This document shows positions 21,983-24,000 of a stretch of DNA of 24,000 bases, one piece after another. A program made the position numbers and the translations under genes. Each line of letters opens with the position of its first letter. Position 1 is the stretch's first letter. The notes below the pieces were generated by a model that had not been told where the DNA came from, ran no database searches, and saw nothing but the letters and a program-made list of their open reading frames with translations. The DNA comes from Methanofollis fontis (lineage in GTDB: Archaea > Halobacteriota > Methanomicrobia > Methanomicrobiales > Methanofollaceae), in contig NZ_PGCL01000003.1 of NCBI RefSeq assembly GCF_004297185.1, positions 544,739 through 568,738 of the forward strand, given 5' to 3'.

Positions 21983-24000
21983 TGTGGATCCTTGATCTGG
22001 CACCGCACAACGGTGCGGTCGACATCTGGGAGAAGGAGGGGGGCGAGATCAGATGCCGGCGCGAACCGGTTCCTGCTCCCTTTCTCTTCTCTCTTCAGGA
22101 TCCGCACCTGCACTGGCAGATGATCGAGGCACTCGAGAGAGAAACAGACTGCAGGGAGTGTACATTCAGCACGCTCCATGGTCGGCGAACCGGATATTCC
22201 ATCACAGCACCCCGCCATACCGCCGAACTGATCGAACAGCAGACACACTACACTGCAGAGGTCTTCAACGTCGATATCCGTCCCGAGCAGCGCCTCTGTG
22301 CAGCGTTCGGGGTCACACCCTGTGCCATGCCGGGAGAGGGGGCGTTCACCATATCGCACCAGCACCCCCTCACAACCCTTGAGATTGCCGCACGGGGCAG
22401 ACCCTACCTCGATCACCACCCTGAGTCCTTTCAGGTGGGAAATACTATGATCAGGGGGCGCTGGACCGGGATGGTCGCCTCCCTTCTGGAGGAGGTTTTC
22501 GCTGCAGACCCGGACGTAATTTTTTTCCCGCATGCAGATGTCTGGACGGCAGCGATTGCCCGGACCGCCGAGGTCGAAGGGTTACCATTTTCCTTCAGCA
22601 GAAATGGCCGTTATCGCCAGATGCAGGAGTCATCATACGAGAGTTATGGAAAGACCAGGTACCGACCCGGCGCAATCATCCCGGAGGGGCGGGTGCTCAT
22701 CGATACAGCACAGAGCTTCAATTACCGGGAGGGCGGTCTTGCCGGCGTGCTGGCGCTCTCCCGCCTCACGGCCCTCCCCCCCAACCTCATATGTCGCCTC
22801 ACGCCCGGTTCCCTGATCTCCGGTTACGAGGTCTTTGAGGCACTGAAACGAGGGATCGCGGTGCCGTTCAGAAAAGGTGATCCTGAAACACCCCGTGCAA
22901 TCAAAACAGTCCGGGAGGTGGAGCGGGGGGGAATCATTCTCCAGCCAGAACCCGGCATCTACAGCGGCGTAACACAACTCGACTTCACCTCATTCTACCC
23001 GACGATCATTGTCAGGCACAACCTCTCCCCCGAGACCATCGACCGACCCGATTCAGGGCAGGGTTTTCTTCCATCGGTCCTCGATCCCCTTCTCAGGTTC
23101 AGGATAGAGACAAAAAGGCAGAAAAAAACCGATCCATCTGTGGCAGGCATCGATGCCGTGCTCAAGTGGATGCTTGTCACCAGTTTTGGGTATACCGGCT
23201 ACAAGAACGCAAAGTTCGGGCGGATCGAGGTGCACGAGCAGATCACGGCAATCGCCAGAGACATCCTTTCGGCATCACGGCGCATCGCCGAGTCAATGGA
23301 CTATTCTGTCCTGCATGGACTGGTTGACGCCCTCTGGGTGGCCGGAGATGGCGATATCAGGCTTCTCCAGCAGCGGATCGAAGAGCATGCAGAGGTGATG
23401 ATGGAGGCGGAGCACTATGACTGGGTCGTCTTTCTCCCCCAGTCGGATGGCTCCGGGGCCTATACGTCATATTTCGGCCGCCGTAGCGATAGCAGGATGC
23501 GGGTGCGGGGCGTGATGGGGCGTCGGCAGGATACACCAGAGTATATCAGGAGAATGCAGAATGCACTCTTCGAGCAGATGGAAATGGCAGAGTCACCGGC
23601 AGACCTTGGAGCGATGTACGGATCTCTCTATGAGATCTATGAGGGTTTTGTCGATGGACTGAGAGAGGCAGATCCCACAGATCTCGCAATCAGGCGCGAT
23701 CTCAGTTCGCTCGACCGGAAAAAACAGAGTCTCGAAGCATCGGCAGTGGCGGCGTACCGCAATGCAGGTGCCGACCTCTCACCGGGCATGGCAGTCAGGT
23801 ATGTAGTGGCGGACGCGGGACGGCATCAGGCCGTTCCGGTGTGGGATGCAGAGGAATATGACCACCGCTATTATCGACGAATCCTTGCACAGGCATGGGA
23901 AGAAGCGGCATTCGGACTAAGAGCAGCAACAGTAAACAGGAATGCACAATGTTCAGGACGGCAGCCGCTCATGAATCAAGAGATAATCGAACCAGAATAG
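21982..24000 (+). CDS. B-family DNA polymerase paralogue with degenerate exonuclease motifs and an altered motif C
   Basis: 672 aa from MWILDL. Motif A is [19 protein letters not shown] (22981-23037). The motif B region is [13 protein letters not shown] (23164-23202). The motif C position reads [11 protein letters not shown] (23308-23340) instead of YGDTDS. An [13 protein letters not shown] region resembles RGLExxRRDW. The track's 21865 start lies inside the upstream gene. Confidence 0.85.
   Translation: MWILDLAPHNGAVDIWEKEGGEIRCRREPVPAPFLFSLQDPHLHWQMIEALERETDCRECTFSTLHGRRTGYSITAPRHTAELIEQQTHYTAEVFNVDIRPEQRLCAAFGVTPCAMPGEGAFTISHQHPLTTLEIAARGRPYLDHHPESFQVGNTMIRGRWTGMVASLLEEVFAADPDVIFFPHADVWTAAIARTAEVEGLPFSFSRNGRYRQMQESSYESYGKTRYRPGAIIPEGRVLIDTAQSFNYREGGLAGVLALSRLTALPPNLICRLTPGSLISGYEVFEALKRGIAVPFRKGDPETPRAIKTVREVERGGIILQPEPGIYSGVTQLDFTSFYPTIIVRHNLSPETIDRPDSGQGFLPSVLDPLLRFRIETKRQKKTDPSVAGIDAVLKWMLVTSFGYTGYKNAKFGRIEVHEQITAIARDILSASRRIAESMDYSVLHGLVDALWVAGDGDIRLLQQRIEEHAEVMMEAEHYDWVVFLPQSDGSGAYTSYFGRRSDSRMRVRGVMGRRQDTPEYIRRMQNALFEQMEMAESPADLGAMYGSLYEIYEGFVDGLREADPTDLAIRRDLSSLDRKKQSLEASAVAAYRNAGADLSPGMAVRYVVADAGRHQAVPVWDAEEYDHRYYRRILAQAWEEAAFGLRAATVNRNAQCSGRQPLMNQEIIEPE

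Noticed and set aside
1-24000. CRISPR arrays, tRNA/rRNA genes, integrase/att sites
   Set aside because: Scanning the intergenic regions found no regularly spaced direct repeats. It found no T-loop-like GGTTCGAATCC motifs; the GGTTCGAAAAAAC at 1930-1942 lacks any acceptor or anticodon stems. It found no rRNA-like conserved blocks. The only repeat structure seen is the 14-mer tandem at 3884-3912.

Overview
GC-rich archaeal chromosome segment: sampled lines are about 60-67% G+C, with lower-GC patches. The gene content is SepCysS, a rhodanese-less ThiI, an FdhC-type formate transporter, an mre11-rad50-nurA-herA operon and an archaeal AAA/DUF234-type ATPase. This points to a methanogen, probably Methanomicrobiales-like; the taxon is inference only.

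Layout:
(i) 1 to ~5975 is an accessory patch. It holds an IS transposase truncated by the window edge and absent from the supplied ORF track. It also holds three nucleotidyltransferase/toxin modules whose toxin genes all look disabled: a HicA-like gene cut at the IS boundary, a HEPN gene with an in-frame TAA, and a frameshifted, truncated MNT/HEPN pair. wecB and an ATPase-wHTH-PD-(D/E)xK protein complete the patch.
(ii) 5977-10848 holds two conserved uncharacterised proteins, then a NifX-like / LarE-like / ThiI operon. That operon converges on SepCysS, which has a translationally coupled 60-codon ORF upstream.
(iii) 10967-17879 is mre11-rad50-nurA-herA, with all gene junctions overlapping.
(iv) 17910-21483 holds a lower-GC fdhC plus an OB-fold membrane protein, and a ClC channel with CBS domains.
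(v) 21545-24000 is a small ORF coupled to a B-family DNA polymerase paralogue with eroded exonuclease motifs and a non-canonical motif C.

I saw no rRNA, tRNA or CRISPR array. Most long ORFs antisense to these genes are GC-driven shadow ORFs. All family assignments come from motif recognition by eye; no database search was possible.
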